A stretch of DNA of 53,439 bases, taken from contig JAYUZG010000019.1 in the NCBI GenBank assembly GCA_043751985.1, positions 1 through 53,439 of the forward strand, read 5' to 3'. Both the position numbers and the translations under genes were made by a program. Origin of the DNA: Betaproteobacteria bacterium. GTDB lineage: Bacteria; Pseudomonadota; Gammaproteobacteria; Burkholderiales; JAYUZG01. The notes under the pieces were generated by a model. That model worked only from the letters and a program-made list of their open reading frames with translations. It was not told where the DNA came from and ran no database searches. Within the stretch, counting starts at the first letter, position 1; each line of letters begins with the position of its first letter. Below are positions 17,205 through 27,334 of the stretch, one piece after another.

Positions 17205-19299
17205 ACTGGTTAAATTTGCCACCTTCCGCTGCGAGCTTAGCGAGCAATTGCGCCGGCTTCCAGATATCGCCGTGGACGGCATGATACTTCTGCACTGACT
17301 GGTAGACCTTATCAACGCCCACGCTATCGGCATAAAACATCGGGCCGCCGCGATAACGCGGGAACCCGTAACCAAAGGCATACACCACGTCGATATCGCT
17401 GGCTCTCAATGCGATACCTTCTTCGACGATCATCGCGCCCTCGTTGATCAACTGGTAGACACAGCGTTCGAGAATTTCCTCATCTGAAATTTCGCGGCGC
17501 GTGAGGCTTTTCTCCGCGGAGGCTCGCACGATCAGCGCCTCGATTTCCGCGTCGGGCACGGCCTTGCGGCCGGCTTCGTAGCGATAGTAGCCCGCGCCGG
17601 TTTTTTGACCGAAGCGGCCCAGCTCGCATATGAGATCGGGAATCTTGCAATAGCGTTCGTTAGGGTCACGCGTCGCGGCTTGGCGTTTTCTAATGGCCCA
17701 GCCGATGTCGAGGCCGGCCAGGTCTCCGACGCGGCACGGTCCCATGGCAAAACCGAACTCTTCCAACACGCGATCGACCTGCCACGGCAGCGCGCCTTCT
17801 TCCAGCAAATAGCCTACTTCGCGGAAATACTTGTGCACCATGCGATTGCCGACGAAGCCGTCGCACACGCCCACGCACACCGGCACTTTCTTGATGGTCT
17901 TGCCCAACTTCATTGCCGTCGCGAGCACCTCTTTTGCCGTTTTTTCTCCGCGCACGATCTCCAGCAGCTTCATCACGTTGGCGGGGCTGAAGAAATGCGT
18001 GCCGATGACTTTCTCCGGCCGCTTGGTGGTGCGCGCAATCTCGTTCACGTCGAGCGTCGAGGTATTGGTCGCAAGAATCGCCTCGGGCTTGGCTATCGCG
18101 TCGATTTTTCCGAACACCTGCTTCTTGATCTCCATTTCCTCGAACACCGCTTCGACGATGATGTCAGCCCTTTTCAAATCATCGTAAGACATCGTGGGCT
18201 GAATCAGCGCCATGCGCTTGTCCATCGCCTCTTGCGTGAGCCGGCCCTTGGCGACCGTGTTGGCGTAGTTGCCACGAATGGTATGCAGACCTTTGTCCAG
18301 CGCTTCTTGTTTCATCTCCAACAGCTTCACCGGAATGCCGGCATTCGCGAAATTCATCGCGATGCCGCCGCCCATGGTGCCCGCGCCGATCACCGCCGCG
18401 CTCTTGATGTCCGAGGCCGCGATGCCGGCCGGAATATCCGGAATCTTGCCCGCTTCCCGCTCGGCGAAAAACAAGTGGCGCAGCGATTTCGATTCGGTGG
18501 TGCTCACCAGTTTCTGGAATTCCTGCCGTTCGAACACGATGCCCTTGGCAAACGGCAGGGTCACTGCCGCTTCAACACAGGCGACGCAGGCGAGCGGCGC
18601 AGGATAGCCACGCCATACCTTGGCAGTTGTCTTCTTCGCTTCCGCGAACCAGCTCACAGCATCAGCCTCCAAGGTCGCCGTGAGCGCACTCGCGCGCCGC
18701 ACGCCGCGCGCTTCGCGCATTACCCGGTTGCAAAACGAGATAGCCGCCGCACGCAAGTCGCCGGTCACGATCTCATCGACGATGCCAAGTTCCTTGGCTT
18801 TCTCGGTACTGATCGGGTCGCCGCTGACGATCATGTCCAGCGCGGCTTGCACGCCGGCCAGCCGCGGCAGCCGCTGCGTCCCTCCGGCACCGGGCAAGAT
18901 GCCCAGTTTCACTTCGGGCAGCGCGATCTGCGCGCCGCTCAAGGCGCAGCGATAGTGACACGCCAGCGCGAGCTCCAAGCCGCCACCCATGGTCGGCCCG
19001 CTGATCGCCGCGACGATGGGTTTGGTCACCGTGTCCATATACAACAGCAGTTCAGGCAACAGCGCCTTACCCGGCTCGTAGGGTTTGCCGAACTCGGAGA
19101 TATCCGCGCCGCCGGAGAAATTGCGACCCGCGCCGATCAGCAGAAACACTTTGACCGCGGTGTCGTGTTCACCTTCGCGAATGAAATCGAGAATGCCCTG
19201 CGGCACACCCTTATTCACCGCTAACGCATTCACCGGCGGGTTGTTCAGCGTGATGACACCGACGTGGCCTTGCAACTGGTATTCAACGAATTTTGACAT
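17200..19299 (-). CDS. Bifunctional enoyl-CoA hydratase / 3-hydroxyacyl-CoA dehydrogenase (FadB/FadJ-like)
   Basis: The ORF is 699 aa. The N-terminal part is a crotonase fold (GAGRNFSGGADI). The central part has the NAD-binding motif VIGAGTMGGGIA. Confidence 0.92.
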   Translation of the reverse strand: MSKFVEYQLQGHVGVITLNNPPVNALAVNKGVPQGILDFIREGEHDTAVKVFLLIGAGRNFSGGADISEFGKPYEPGKALLPELLLYMDTVTKPIVAAISGPTMGGGLELALACHYRCALSGAQIALPEVKLGILPGAGGTQRLPRLAGVQAALDMIVSGDPISTEKAKELGIVDEIVTGDLRAAAISFCNRVMREARGVRRASALTATLEADAVSWFAEAKKTTAKVWRGYPAPLACVACVEAAVTLPFAKGIVFERQEFQKLVSTTESKSLRHLFFAEREAGKIPDIPAGIAASDIKSAAVIGAGTMGGGIAMNFANAGIPVKLLEMKQEALDKGLHTIRGNYANTVAKGRLTQEAMDKRMALIQPTMSYDDLKRADIIVEAVFEEMEIKKQVFGKIDAIAKPEAILATNTSTLDVNEIARTTKRPEKVIGTHFFSPANVMKLLEIVRGEKTAKEVLATAMKLGKTIKKVPVCVGVCDGFVGNRMVHKYFREVGYLLEEGALPWQVDRVLEEFGFAMGPCRVGDLAGLDIGWAIRKRQAATRDPNERYCKIPDLICELGRFGQKTGAGYYRYEAGRKAVPDAEIEALIVRASAEKSLTRREISDEEILERCVYQLINEGAMIVEEGIALRASDIDVVYAFGYGFPRYRGGPMFYADSVGVDKVYQSVQKYHAVHGDIWKPAQLLAKLAAEGGKFNQS

Positions 19300-19352
19300 T
19301 GCGGACTCTCAAAAAAGAGCAGTAATCACAGAGACACCGAGGCACCGAGAAA

Positions 19353-20048
19353 TCAAACCTCCAGCCATTCCTTCCGAATCGACTCGTTGCCGCGCAACTG
19401 TTCCGGCGTGCCCTCGAACACGATGTGCCCGTGACCCATCACGTACAGGCGCTGGCTGATCTTCAGTGCGATGGTGAGTTTCTGCTCCACCAGCAAGATC
19501 GATACGCCGCGATTCTTCATCTCGTCGAACAGTTTCGCCACTTGCTCCACGATCTTCGGCGCCAGACCCTCGGTCGGCTCGTCGATCATCACCAGATCCG
19601 GGTCGCCCATAAGCGTGCGGCACAGCGTCAGCATCTGCTGCTCGCCACCCGACATCACCCCGGCCGGCGCGTTCGCCCGCTCTTCGAGGCGCGGAAACAG
19701 CGCATACATATCGGCCATGTTCCAACGGCCTTTGCCGCGCGTGCTCTTCTCGCCCAGTTGCAGATTCTGCTGCACTGTCAGAGTGGGAAAGATGTCGCGG
19801 TTCTCCGGCACGTAGCCTAAGCCTTTGCGCGCGACCAAATAAGTCTTCAAGCCACCGATCTCTTCGCCCTTGAAGCGAATCGAGCCGCTGTGTGCGACCT
19901 GGCCCATGATCGATTTGATGGTGGTGGAACGCCCCACGCCATTGCGCCCGAGCAAGCTGACGATCTCGCCTTCGCGCACGCTCAAATACACGCCATGCAA
20001 AATATGGCTCTTACCGTAATAAGCGTGCAGATCTTTGACTTCAAGCAT
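19353..20048 (-). CDS. livF: Branched-chain-amino-acid-type ABC transporter ATP-binding protein (LivF-like)
   Basis: The start MLEVKDLHAYYG follows homolog convention. Walker A is GRNGVGRST and the signature is MSGGEQQML. It overlaps livG by 8 nt. Confidence 0.88.
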   Translation of the reverse strand: MLEVKDLHAYYGKSHILHGVYLSVREGEIVSLLGRNGVGRSTTIKSIMGQVAHSGSIRFKGEEIGGLKTYLVARKGLGYVPENRDIFPTLTVQQNLQLGEKSTRGKGRWNMADMYALFPRLEERANAPAGVMSGGEQQMLTLCRTLMGDPDLVMIDEPTEGLAPKIVEQVAKLFDEMKNRGVSILLVEQKLTIALKISQRLYVMGHGHIVFEGTPEQLRGNESIRKEWLEV

Positions 20049-20796
20049 GGTTTTGCTCGGTGCCGAGATACGCCTCTTGCACCGCCTGGTTGCCGCGAAT
20101 TTCCTGCGGCGCGCCGGTGGCGATGACCTCACCGTACACCAGCACGGAAATGCGGTCCGCCAAATTGAACACCACGCCCATGTCGTGCTCCACCATGATC
20201 AGGGTCTTGCCTTGCGTCACGTTGCGGATCAACTCTACCGCGTCGTCGGTCTCCGATCGGCTCATGCCGGCGGTCGGCTCGTCCAGCAGAATCACCTCGG
20301 CACCACCGGCGATGGTGATGCCGATTTCCAGCGCACGCTGCTCAGCGTAGGACAATACACCCGCCAAGGTATCGTGACGCTTAACCAGATTGATGCGTTC
20401 GACAATTTCATTGGCGCGCGCCGCCACGTCCTTGAGGCCGCTGACGCGCTGCCAGAACGAATACTTGTAACCGAGCGACCACAGCACCGCGCAGCGCAGA
20501 TTCTCGTACACCGACATGCGCGGAAAAATATTAGTGATCTGGAAGCTGCGCGCGAGTCCTTTGCGATTGATCTCGTAAGGCGTAAGCCCGCCGATATCCT
20601 GTCCGTTCAAGTCGATGCGTCCGGAGCTCACCGGAAAGCGGCCGGAGATCAAATTAAACAAAGTGGATTTTCCCGCACCGTTAGGGCCGATGATGGCGTG
20701 ACGCTCGCCGCTCTCAATCGCCAGACTCACACCATTGATGATGGCGGTCTTGCCGAAGCTCTTGCGCACCTCGAGTAATTGCAACGCCGCGCTCAT
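20041..20796 (-). CDS. livG: Branched-chain-amino-acid-type ABC transporter ATP-binding protein (LivG-like)
   Basis: The start is MSAALQLLEVRKSFG. Walker A is GPNGAGKST and the signature is LSYAEQRAL. It has an ATGA overlap with livM. Confidence 0.88.
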   Translation of the reverse strand: MSAALQLLEVRKSFGKTAIINGVSLAIESGERHAIIGPNGAGKSTLFNLISGRFPVSSGRIDLNGQDIGGLTPYEINRKGLARSFQITNIFPRMSVYENLRCAVLWSLGYKYSFWQRVSGLKDVAARANEIVERINLVKRHDTLAGVLSYAEQRALEIGITIAGGAEVILLDEPTAGMSRSETDDAVELIRNVTQGKTLIMVEHDMGVVFNLADRISVLVYGEVIATGAPQEIRGNQAVQEAYLGTEQNHA

Positions 20797-22052
20797 GCCA
20801 CTTTGCCGGCGAGTAGTTGCGCGTTGACTTTCTCCCACGCCCGCGTCACCACCCGGCGCGCGCCATACAGCAGCGCCACGCCGGCAAGCAACACCAGCGC
20901 CGCGCCGATCCACGCCACCGCGCGAGTCGGATCGAGACTTAGGCCGAAGAACACGAACGCACCGGCGGCGTCTTTCGATTCCAGGTGATACAACATTTCC
21001 ACCAGCGCGACGAAGCCGGTCACCGCGACCAGACCGGTCGCGCCCGCCACTATGTAAGACGGCGCGAGCAACCGCGTGAGGCCGGCACGCCACACCGGCT
21101 TATGCAGCGTCACCAAGCTGGCGATGCCGCCGGGCGTGAACAAAATGATGATCAGGAACAGCAGACCAAAATACAGCAGCCAAGCCTGGGTGTAAGACGA
21201 CAACGCCGACTGCAGAAACGACACCAGCACCGCGCCGACGATCGGCCCCCAGAAATGCCCGATGCCGCCAATGAAGGCCATCAGCACCACGTTGCCGGAG
21301 GCGGTAACGCCCAACGTTTCGGCGGTGACGATTTCGTAGTTGATCGCGGCCAGGCCGCCGGCGATTCCGGCGAAGAAAGCAGACAAGGTCAACATCAGGA
21401 ATCGCACACGCGTCGTGTTGTAGCCGACAAATTGCGCGCGCTCGGGATTGTCGCGCACCGCGTTGGCCATGCGGCCAAGCGGCGTCTGCGTCAGTGCGAA
21501 CATCGCCAGCATGCAGACAAAGCACCAGCCGGCGATTAAATAATAGACCTGAAGCTGCGGGCCATAGGTCACGCCCATCACCGCCGGGCCGACTTGACGA
21601 TTGGTCGGGATGCCGCCTTCGCCGCCAAAAAACGCCGGGAACATGAGCGAACACGCGGCAACCATTTCGGCGATGCCGAGCGAGATCATCGCGAACGGTG
21701 TGCCGGCACGGCGCGTGGTAACAAAACCAAAAATGAGACCGAACACCAGGCCGGTCAATCCGCCCAGCAAGGGAACGAAAGTCACCGGGATCATCAGCTT
21801 GCCGGCCGCCACCGCGTTGAGCGCGTGCGCGCAGATAAATGCACCCAGCCCAAAATACACCGCGTGGCCAAAAGACAACAAGCCGGTCTGCCCCAAGAGC
21901 ATGTTGTACGACAGCGCGAAAATCACCGCGATCCCCATCTGACACAACATGGACAACGCGAAGCCCGCCTTAAACAAATAGGGCAAGACGATCAGCGCCA
22001 GCAGCGTCGCGCCCCAGAACCACAGTCGTCGTTTGCTGATCACGTTATGCAT
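20793..22052 (-). CDS. livM: ABC transporter permease (LivM-like)
   Basis: It is a multi-span membrane protein. The ATG at 22052 lies 1 nt after the livH stop. An alternative GTG start is at 22064. Confidence 0.85.
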   Translation of the reverse strand: MHNVISKRRLWFWGATLLALIVLPYLFKAGFALSMLCQMGIAVIFALSYNMLLGQTGLLSFGHAVYFGLGAFICAHALNAVAAGKLMIPVTFVPLLGGLTGLVFGLIFGFVTTRRAGTPFAMISLGIAEMVAACSLMFPAFFGGEGGIPTNRQVGPAVMGVTYGPQLQVYYLIAGWCFVCMLAMFALTQTPLGRMANAVRDNPERAQFVGYNTTRVRFLMLTLSAFFAGIAGGLAAINYEIVTAETLGVTASGNVVLMAFIGGIGHFWGPIVGAVLVSFLQSALSSYTQAWLLYFGLLFLIIILFTPGGIASLVTLHKPVWRAGLTRLLAPSYIVAGATGLVAVTGFVALVEMLYHLESKDAAGAFVFFGLSLDPTRAVAWIGAALVLLAGVALLYGARRVVTRAWEKVNAQLLAGKVA

Positions 22053-22053
22053 G

Positions 22054-23001
22054 TCAGCTCTCACGCGTGCCCATGAGACCTTTGGGCCGCACGATCAACA
22101 TCAACACCATCATCAAATACGGCATCACCGGGGCGGTTTGCGAAATGGTGATGCTCGACAAAGCGCCGAGGCCGGAGTCGCGCGAAACTTGCACGCCCAG
22201 ATGCGTCCACAGGCTCATCAGCGAGTAGTCGAGTGCAACGGAGAAAGTCTGGATCGCTCCGATAACCAGCGATGCGATAAAGGCGCCGGTGAGCGAACCC
22301 ATGCCACCGAATACCACCACCACGAACACGATCGAACCCACCGCCGCCGCCATGCCCGGCTCGGTGATGAAGGCGTTGCCGCCGATCACGCCCGCCAGCG
22401 CCGCCAACGCGGAACCGCCGGCGAACACCAACATGAACACGCGCGGCACGTTGTGGCCGAGCGACTCCGCCATGTCGGGATGTGTGAGCGAAGCCTGCAC
22501 GATCATGCCGACTCGCGTGCGCGTCAGCACCAAGAACAACGACACCAGCATGCCCACCGAGACCAGCATCATGAAACCGCGATACGCCGGATACTGCGTG
22601 CTGTACAAAGTAAACAAAGTGAAGTCGAGCTGCGACGGGATGCGATAGTCCACCGGTGCGCGCCCCCAGATGAGATGAACGATCTCCTCGATCACGTAAG
22701 CCAGGCCGAAAGTAAACAGCAGTTCCGCCACGTGGCCGAACTTGTGCACGGTGCGCAATCCATAACGCTCGGTCGCCGCCCCCAACGTGCCGACGATCAA
22801 CGGTGACAAGAACAGCGCCGGCCAGAAACCCAGATGCAAGCTCACCTGGTAGGAGAAGTAAGCCCCCAACATGTAGAAACTCGCATGGGCGAAATTCAGC
22901 ACGCCCATCATGCTGAAGATCAGCGTGAGGCCGCTCGATAACATGAACAACAGCAGGCCGTAGGACAAGCTGTTGAGCAGAGTGACGAGGAAGAATTCCA
23001 T
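22054..23001 (-). CDS. livH: ABC transporter permease (LivH-like)
   Basis: The ORF is 315 aa. MEFFLVTLLNSLSYGLLLFMLSSGLTLIFSMMGVLNFAHASF is a typical LivH N-terminus. Confidence 0.88.
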   Translation of the reverse strand: MEFFLVTLLNSLSYGLLLFMLSSGLTLIFSMMGVLNFAHASFYMLGAYFSYQVSLHLGFWPALFLSPLIVGTLGAATERYGLRTVHKFGHVAELLFTFGLAYVIEEIVHLIWGRAPVDYRIPSQLDFTLFTLYSTQYPAYRGFMMLVSVGMLVSLFLVLTRTRVGMIVQASLTHPDMAESLGHNVPRVFMLVFAGGSALAALAGVIGGNAFITEPGMAAAVGSIVFVVVVFGGMGSLTGAFIASLVIGAIQTFSVALDYSLMSLWTHLGVQVSRDSGLGALSSITISQTAPVMPYLMMVLMLIVRPKGLMGTRES

Positions 23002-23250
23002 GTGCGTGCCTGGCGCGGGTTTACCGGCGTTGCATTGCGCAAGTAGTGGGCATCACCGTATCGCGCGCATCGATGCGCGCGAGGGAAATAGCGGCCGCAA
23101 CCGCGCCGATCAGGTACTTCCTCTGCATTGCGTCCTCCCAATACGACGGACTGTGTTTTCGAGGCCCGTCATTTATGATCCGCGGCAGGTTCGGCATCTC
23201 GGCGAACGCTCAACGATTAACTTCGCCCGAATTCCCTGCCTTGTTCGCGG

Positions 23251-23293
23251 CCGATTCTAGCAGACTCATGAATAGGCCCCTGCTAGAATTCGG
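23251..23293. promoter_or_regulatory. Inverted repeat in the divergent promoter/5'UTR region (candidate operator or leader hairpin)
   Basis: attctagcag (23254-23263) and ctgctagaat (23280-23289) form perfect 10-bp arms separated by 16 nt. The repeat ends about 27 nt upstream of the acyl-CoA ligase ATG. Confidence 0.35.
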
Positions 23294-23320
23294 CGGACGC
23301 ACAATAATATGGAGACAGCA

Positions 23321-24946
23321 ATGTACGGCCTGATGATGGACAGCCCTCTGCTTATTTCGTCGTTGATCCGGCACGCGGATCGTTATCACGGCGATACCGA
23401 GATCGTGTCGCGCACGATCGAGGGTCCGCTGCATCGCTATACCTATCGCGACGCGCACACCCGCGCGCGAAAGCTGGCGCAGGCGCTGTCACGGCTTGGC
23501 GTGCGCCAAGGCGACTGCATAGGCACGCTTGCCTGGAACGGCTATCGCCACTTCGAGGCGTTCTATGGTATTTCCAGCATGGGTGCGGTGTTGCACACCG
23601 TCAATCCACGGCTGTTTCCCGAGCAACTGGTGTACTTGATCAACCACGCCGAAGATCGCTATGTGCTGTTCGATCTCACGTTCGCGCCGCTGATTGAAAA
23701 ACTGGCACCGCTGTGCAAAGACGTCAAAGGCTGGATCGCGCTTTGCGCGCGCGCGAATCTTCCGCAACACGCCATTCCCAATCTGCTCTGCTACGAAGAC
23801 TTGGTCAATGCAGAATCCGGTGAGTTTCCCTGGCCGGAGTTGGACGAGCGGACCGCCTCGTCGCTGTGTTACACCTCGGGCACCACTGGCAATCCCAAGG
23901 GCGTGCTGTACTCGCACCGCTCCACCGTGATTCACGCTTACGCCGCCGCGCTGCCCGACGCGTTGAACATTTCCGCGCGCGACGTGATGTTGCCGGTGGT
24001 CCCGATGTTCCACGCCAACGCCTGGAGCCTGCCGTATGCCTGCGCTATGACTGGCGCCAAGCTGGTGTTTCCGGGATCTCAACTCGACGGGAAAAATTTG
24101 CACGAACTGTTCGAGAGCGAACGAGTCACGGTGTCGGCGGGCGTACCCACCGTGTGGCTGGCGCTGTTGCAGCACATGAACCAGAACAAGCTCAAATTCA
24201 GCACCATGAACCGCACCATCATCGGCGGCTCCGCTTGTCCCCCGGCGATGATCCGGTCGTTCCAGCAAGACTACGGCGTGCAGGTATTACACGCGTGGGG
24301 CATGACCGAGTTGAGCCCGCTCGGCACGGTAAATACCTTCAAGGCCAAGCACGACGACTGGAGCGCGGAGCAGCGCTTGCAGTTGCAATACAAACAAGGC
24401 CGGACAATTTTTGGCGTCGATATGAAAATTGTCGATGGCGACGGCAAGGAACTGACCTGGGACGGCAAGGCGTTTGGCGATCTGCTGGTGCGCGGTCCGT
24501 GGATCACTGCGGCGTACATGAAGGGCGAAGGCGGTGACGTGTTGCGCGACGGCTGGTTCCCCACTGGCGACGTCGCCACCGTCGATGCCGACGGTTACCT
24601 GCAGATCACCGATCGCTCCAAAGACGTGATCAAATCCGGCGGCGAATGGATCAGCTCCATCGATCTGGAGAATGCGGCCGTGGGTCATCCGGCGGTGGCC
24701 GAAGCCGCGGTGATCGGCGTCGCGCATCCGAAGTGGGACGAGCGGCCGCTGCTCATCGTGGTGCGTAAGCCGAACACCAGTGTGACACGCGAAGAGCTGC
24801 TAAAGTTTTTTGACGGACGTATCGCCAAATGGTGGATCCCCGATGACGTGGTATTCGTCGAGCAACTGCCTCACACGGCAACCGGCAAACTGCTCAAGAC
24901 CAAGCTGCGCGAAGATTTCAAGAACCATAAACTGCCTGCCGCGTAA
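23321..24946 (+). CDS. Long/medium-chain fatty-acid--CoA ligase (AMP-binding family)
   Basis: It has the AMP-binding motif YTSGTTGNPKGV. The start MYGLMMDSPLLISS is preceded by an SD GGAGA 5 nt upstream. The ORF itself opens at 23309. Confidence 0.9.
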   Translation: MYGLMMDSPLLISSLIRHADRYHGDTEIVSRTIEGPLHRYTYRDAHTRARKLAQALSRLGVRQGDCIGTLAWNGYRHFEAFYGISSMGAVLHTVNPRLFPEQLVYLINHAEDRYVLFDLTFAPLIEKLAPLCKDVKGWIALCARANLPQHAIPNLLCYEDLVNAESGEFPWPELDERTASSLCYTSGTTGNPKGVLYSHRSTVIHAYAAALPDALNISARDVMLPVVPMFHANAWSLPYACAMTGAKLVFPGSQLDGKNLHELFESERVTVSAGVPTVWLALLQHMNQNKLKFSTMNRTIIGGSACPPAMIRSFQQDYGVQVLHAWGMTELSPLGTVNTFKAKHDDWSAEQRLQLQYKQGRTIFGVDMKIVDGDGKELTWDGKAFGDLLVRGPWITAAYMKGEGGDVLRDGWFPTGDVATVDADGYLQITDRSKDVIKSGGEWISSIDLENAAVGHPAVAEAAVIGVAHPKWDERPLLIVVRKPNTSVTREELLKFFDGRIAKWWIPDDVVFVEQLPHTATGKLLKTKLREDFKNHKLPAA

Positions 24947-25021
24947 GCCTCGCCACCGCATCAAGCGCCGAAATTATTCCAACTCAACAGGTTGAGCGCG
25001 GTGGAGGCCACGCCGCAGCGC

Positions 25022-25588
25022 TCAAAAAATATGGACTGCAGTCGGCGCCAGTACGGCAATGGCCGAAAATATAATGCCAACGACGCCCAAACCGCCGGCC
25101 AGCCAGAACAGGAATCCTGCACCGGTGATCACCATCGCCGAAGCCAGCACGATACCGATCTGAAACGCGGCGGAAGCAAGTTCAAAATGATGATAAGCCG
25201 CGAGGGAATGATCGCGCGCTTTCTCTTTTTCTTTTGCCCGTTCGGCGAGTTCCTTGCGACCTTCGCGTTTGTCTGGCTCCGAGTCGTAGCGCGCGGCGGT
25301 GGCTTTCCAGCTCTCAATCTTCTTGCCCAGCGCTTCTTTGGTCTTCGCATCTTTCGTAGCCAACAATTCGATCTCGGCGTTTTCCGCGGCCAGAGTGATC
25401 GCGGTCATGCGAATAGTTTTGGCCTGGAAGAAGCTCCACAGATTGGACGCTTCAATATTCAGACTCAATCCCAGCGTCTGCTCGCTCTTACCGCCGGTCT
25501 CGGAAAACGCCAGCAGCGCGGCAAGCACCGCGATCAGCAATGCGACTTTTTTGTTCGATGCGTCGATGTGTCCACCATGACCTGACAT
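25022..25588 (-). CDS. DUF4337-family membrane protein
   Basis: The ORF is 188 aa. It has an N-terminal span, a central charged coiled region and a C-terminal hydrophobic pair, the typical DUF4337 layout. Confidence 0.65.
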   Translation of the reverse strand: MSGHGGHIDASNKKVALLIAVLAALLAFSETGGKSEQTLGLSLNIEASNLWSFFQAKTIRMTAITLAAENAEIELLATKDAKTKEALGKKIESWKATAARYDSEPDKREGRKELAERAKEKEKARDHSLAAYHHFELASAAFQIGIVLASAMVITGAGFLFWLAGGLGVVGIIFSAIAVLAPTAVHIF

Positions 25589-25630
25589 TTCTAAGAATCT
25601 CCTGTTGTGTTGGTTGGATGAAAATTCGAT

Positions 25631-26479
25631 TTACGCGCCGTTGTATGCCGGCGCGGCAATCTCGATGTTGTCGATAAGCCGGGTGCTGCCCAACTTGGCC
25701 GCACCCAAGGTCACCAGTTCCGTTTCGCCTGCCTCCGGCGCGAGCAAAGTGCGGCGGCTGCGCACCACCACATAATCCACATGCCAGCCATGCCGCGCGA
25801 GAAGCGCATCGGCGGCGAACTCAATCGCTTCGAAATTACGGTCGCCGGATTGCACTGCGTCTTGCACTTGCCGCAATGCCTGATTGATTCTTGGCGCCTC
25901 TTTGCGTTCGTCCGCGCTGAGGAAACGATTGCGCGAGGAAAGCGCGAGTCCGTCTGGCGCTCGGCAAGTCTCGGCCGGGACGATGGTCACCGGCAGCGCC
26001 AGTTGCTCGACTAGGTGATGCACCAGATGCAGTTGCTGGTAGTCTTTTTTCCCGAACACCGCGAACTGCGGCTGCACCATATTGAACAATTTCAGCACCA
26101 CCGTTGCCATGCCGCGGAAATGGCCCGGACGAAAACGCCCTTCTAGCTTGTTCGCCACCGGCGGCGGGTCCAGCATAAAAATCTGCGGTACTGGATACAT
26201 CTCTGATTCATTCGGGTGATACACGAGGTGGTTGCCGGCTTTTTCGAGTTTGGCGCAATCGTCCTCAAAGGAGCGCGGATATTTGTCGAAGTCTTCGCCT
26301 TGCCCGAATTGCAGCCGATTGACAAAAATAGTCGTGACTACGAAAGGCGAACGCTCCGCCGCCAGCTTGACGAGCGACAAATGCCCGTCATGGATATTTC
26401 CCATGGTCGGCACGCAGGCCAGGTTCTTCTCGCGCGCCAGACGCGCGCGTAGTTCGCGCACAGTGCGGATGATTTCCAT
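25631..26479 (-). CDS. panC: Pantoate--beta-alanine ligase
   Basis: It carries PTMGNIHDGHLSLV, the HxGH motif of PanC. The start MEIIRTVRELR lies downstream of the panB stop. Confidence 0.93.
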   Translation of the reverse strand: MEIIRTVRELRARLAREKNLACVPTMGNIHDGHLSLVKLAAERSPFVVTTIFVNRLQFGQGEDFDKYPRSFEDDCAKLEKAGNHLVYHPNESEMYPVPQIFMLDPPPVANKLEGRFRPGHFRGMATVVLKLFNMVQPQFAVFGKKDYQQLHLVHHLVEQLALPVTIVPAETCRAPDGLALSSRNRFLSADERKEAPRINQALRQVQDAVQSGDRNFEAIEFAADALLARHGWHVDYVVVRSRRTLLAPEAGETELVTLGAAKLGSTRLIDNIEIAAPAYNGA

Positions 26480-26501
26480 CGGATGAATTATATTTTTTGA
26501 A

Positions 26502-27305
26502 TCAGAAGCAGTGCTCGGGCCCGGGGAAAGTCCCCGCCTTGACTTCCTTGACGAAGCGCGCGACGGCATCTTGCACCGACGCCGCACCATGCATGAAGTT
26601 CTTCACAAAACGCAGCGGCTTGCCCGGATAAATTCCCAACATGTCATATAGATTAAGAATCTGCCCGCTGCACGCGGCACCGGCACCGATGCCGATGGTC
26701 GGGATGGTCAGAGCGTCGGTGATCTGTTGACCCAATTGCGCGGGCACCAACTCGATCACCAGCATGCAGGCGCCGGCGTCTTGCAGCGCGCGCGCATCGT
26801 GCAGCAGCAGTTGCGCCGCGTCTTCGGACTTGCCCTGAACCTTGAAGCCGCCCAGCGCATGCATCGACTGCGGCGTGAGGCCGATGTGTCCGCATACCGG
26901 GATGCCGCGCTCGGCGATAAACCGCGTCGTTTCCGCCATCACCGCGCCACCTTCGATCTTCACCATGTGCGCGCCGGCCGCCATCAATCTTGCGGCGTTG
27001 GCGTAGGCTTTCTGCGGGCTTTCCTGATAGCTGCCGAACGGCAAATCTCCCAACACCAGCGAGCGCTTCGCGCCACGCGCGACGCATTGCGTGTGATACG
27101 CGGCCGCGTCCATATTCACCGGCAAGGTCGAATCGTGCCCTTGTACCACCATGCCGAGTGAGTCGCCGACCAGCAGAATCTCCACGCCGGCCTCGTCGAG
27201 TACTGTCGCGAGACTGGCGTCATAGGCGGTGAGCATGGTCAGCTTTTGGCCTTCGGCAAACAGCTTGTTCAAAGTTGATGTTGTAATTCGCACTGGTGCG
27301 TCCAT
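26502..27305 (-). CDS. panB: 3-methyl-2-oxobutanoate hydroxymethyltransferase
   Basis: The ORF is 267 aa. It carries [33 protein letters not shown] and KIEGG motifs. Confidence 0.93.
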   Translation of the reverse strand: MDAPVRITTSTLNKLFAEGQKLTMLTAYDASLATVLDEAGVEILLVGDSLGMVVQGHDSTLPVNMDAAAYHTQCVARGAKRSLVLGDLPFGSYQESPQKAYANAARLMAAGAHMVKIEGGAVMAETTRFIAERGIPVCGHIGLTPQSMHALGGFKVQGKSEDAAQLLLHDARALQDAGACMLVIELVPAQLGQQITDALTIPTIGIGAGAACSGQILNLYDMLGIYPGKPLRFVKNFMHGAASVQDAVARFVKEVKAGTFPGPEHCF

Positions 27306-27334
27306 TTCAGAAAGGTTGATTGATGGGTCTGGGA

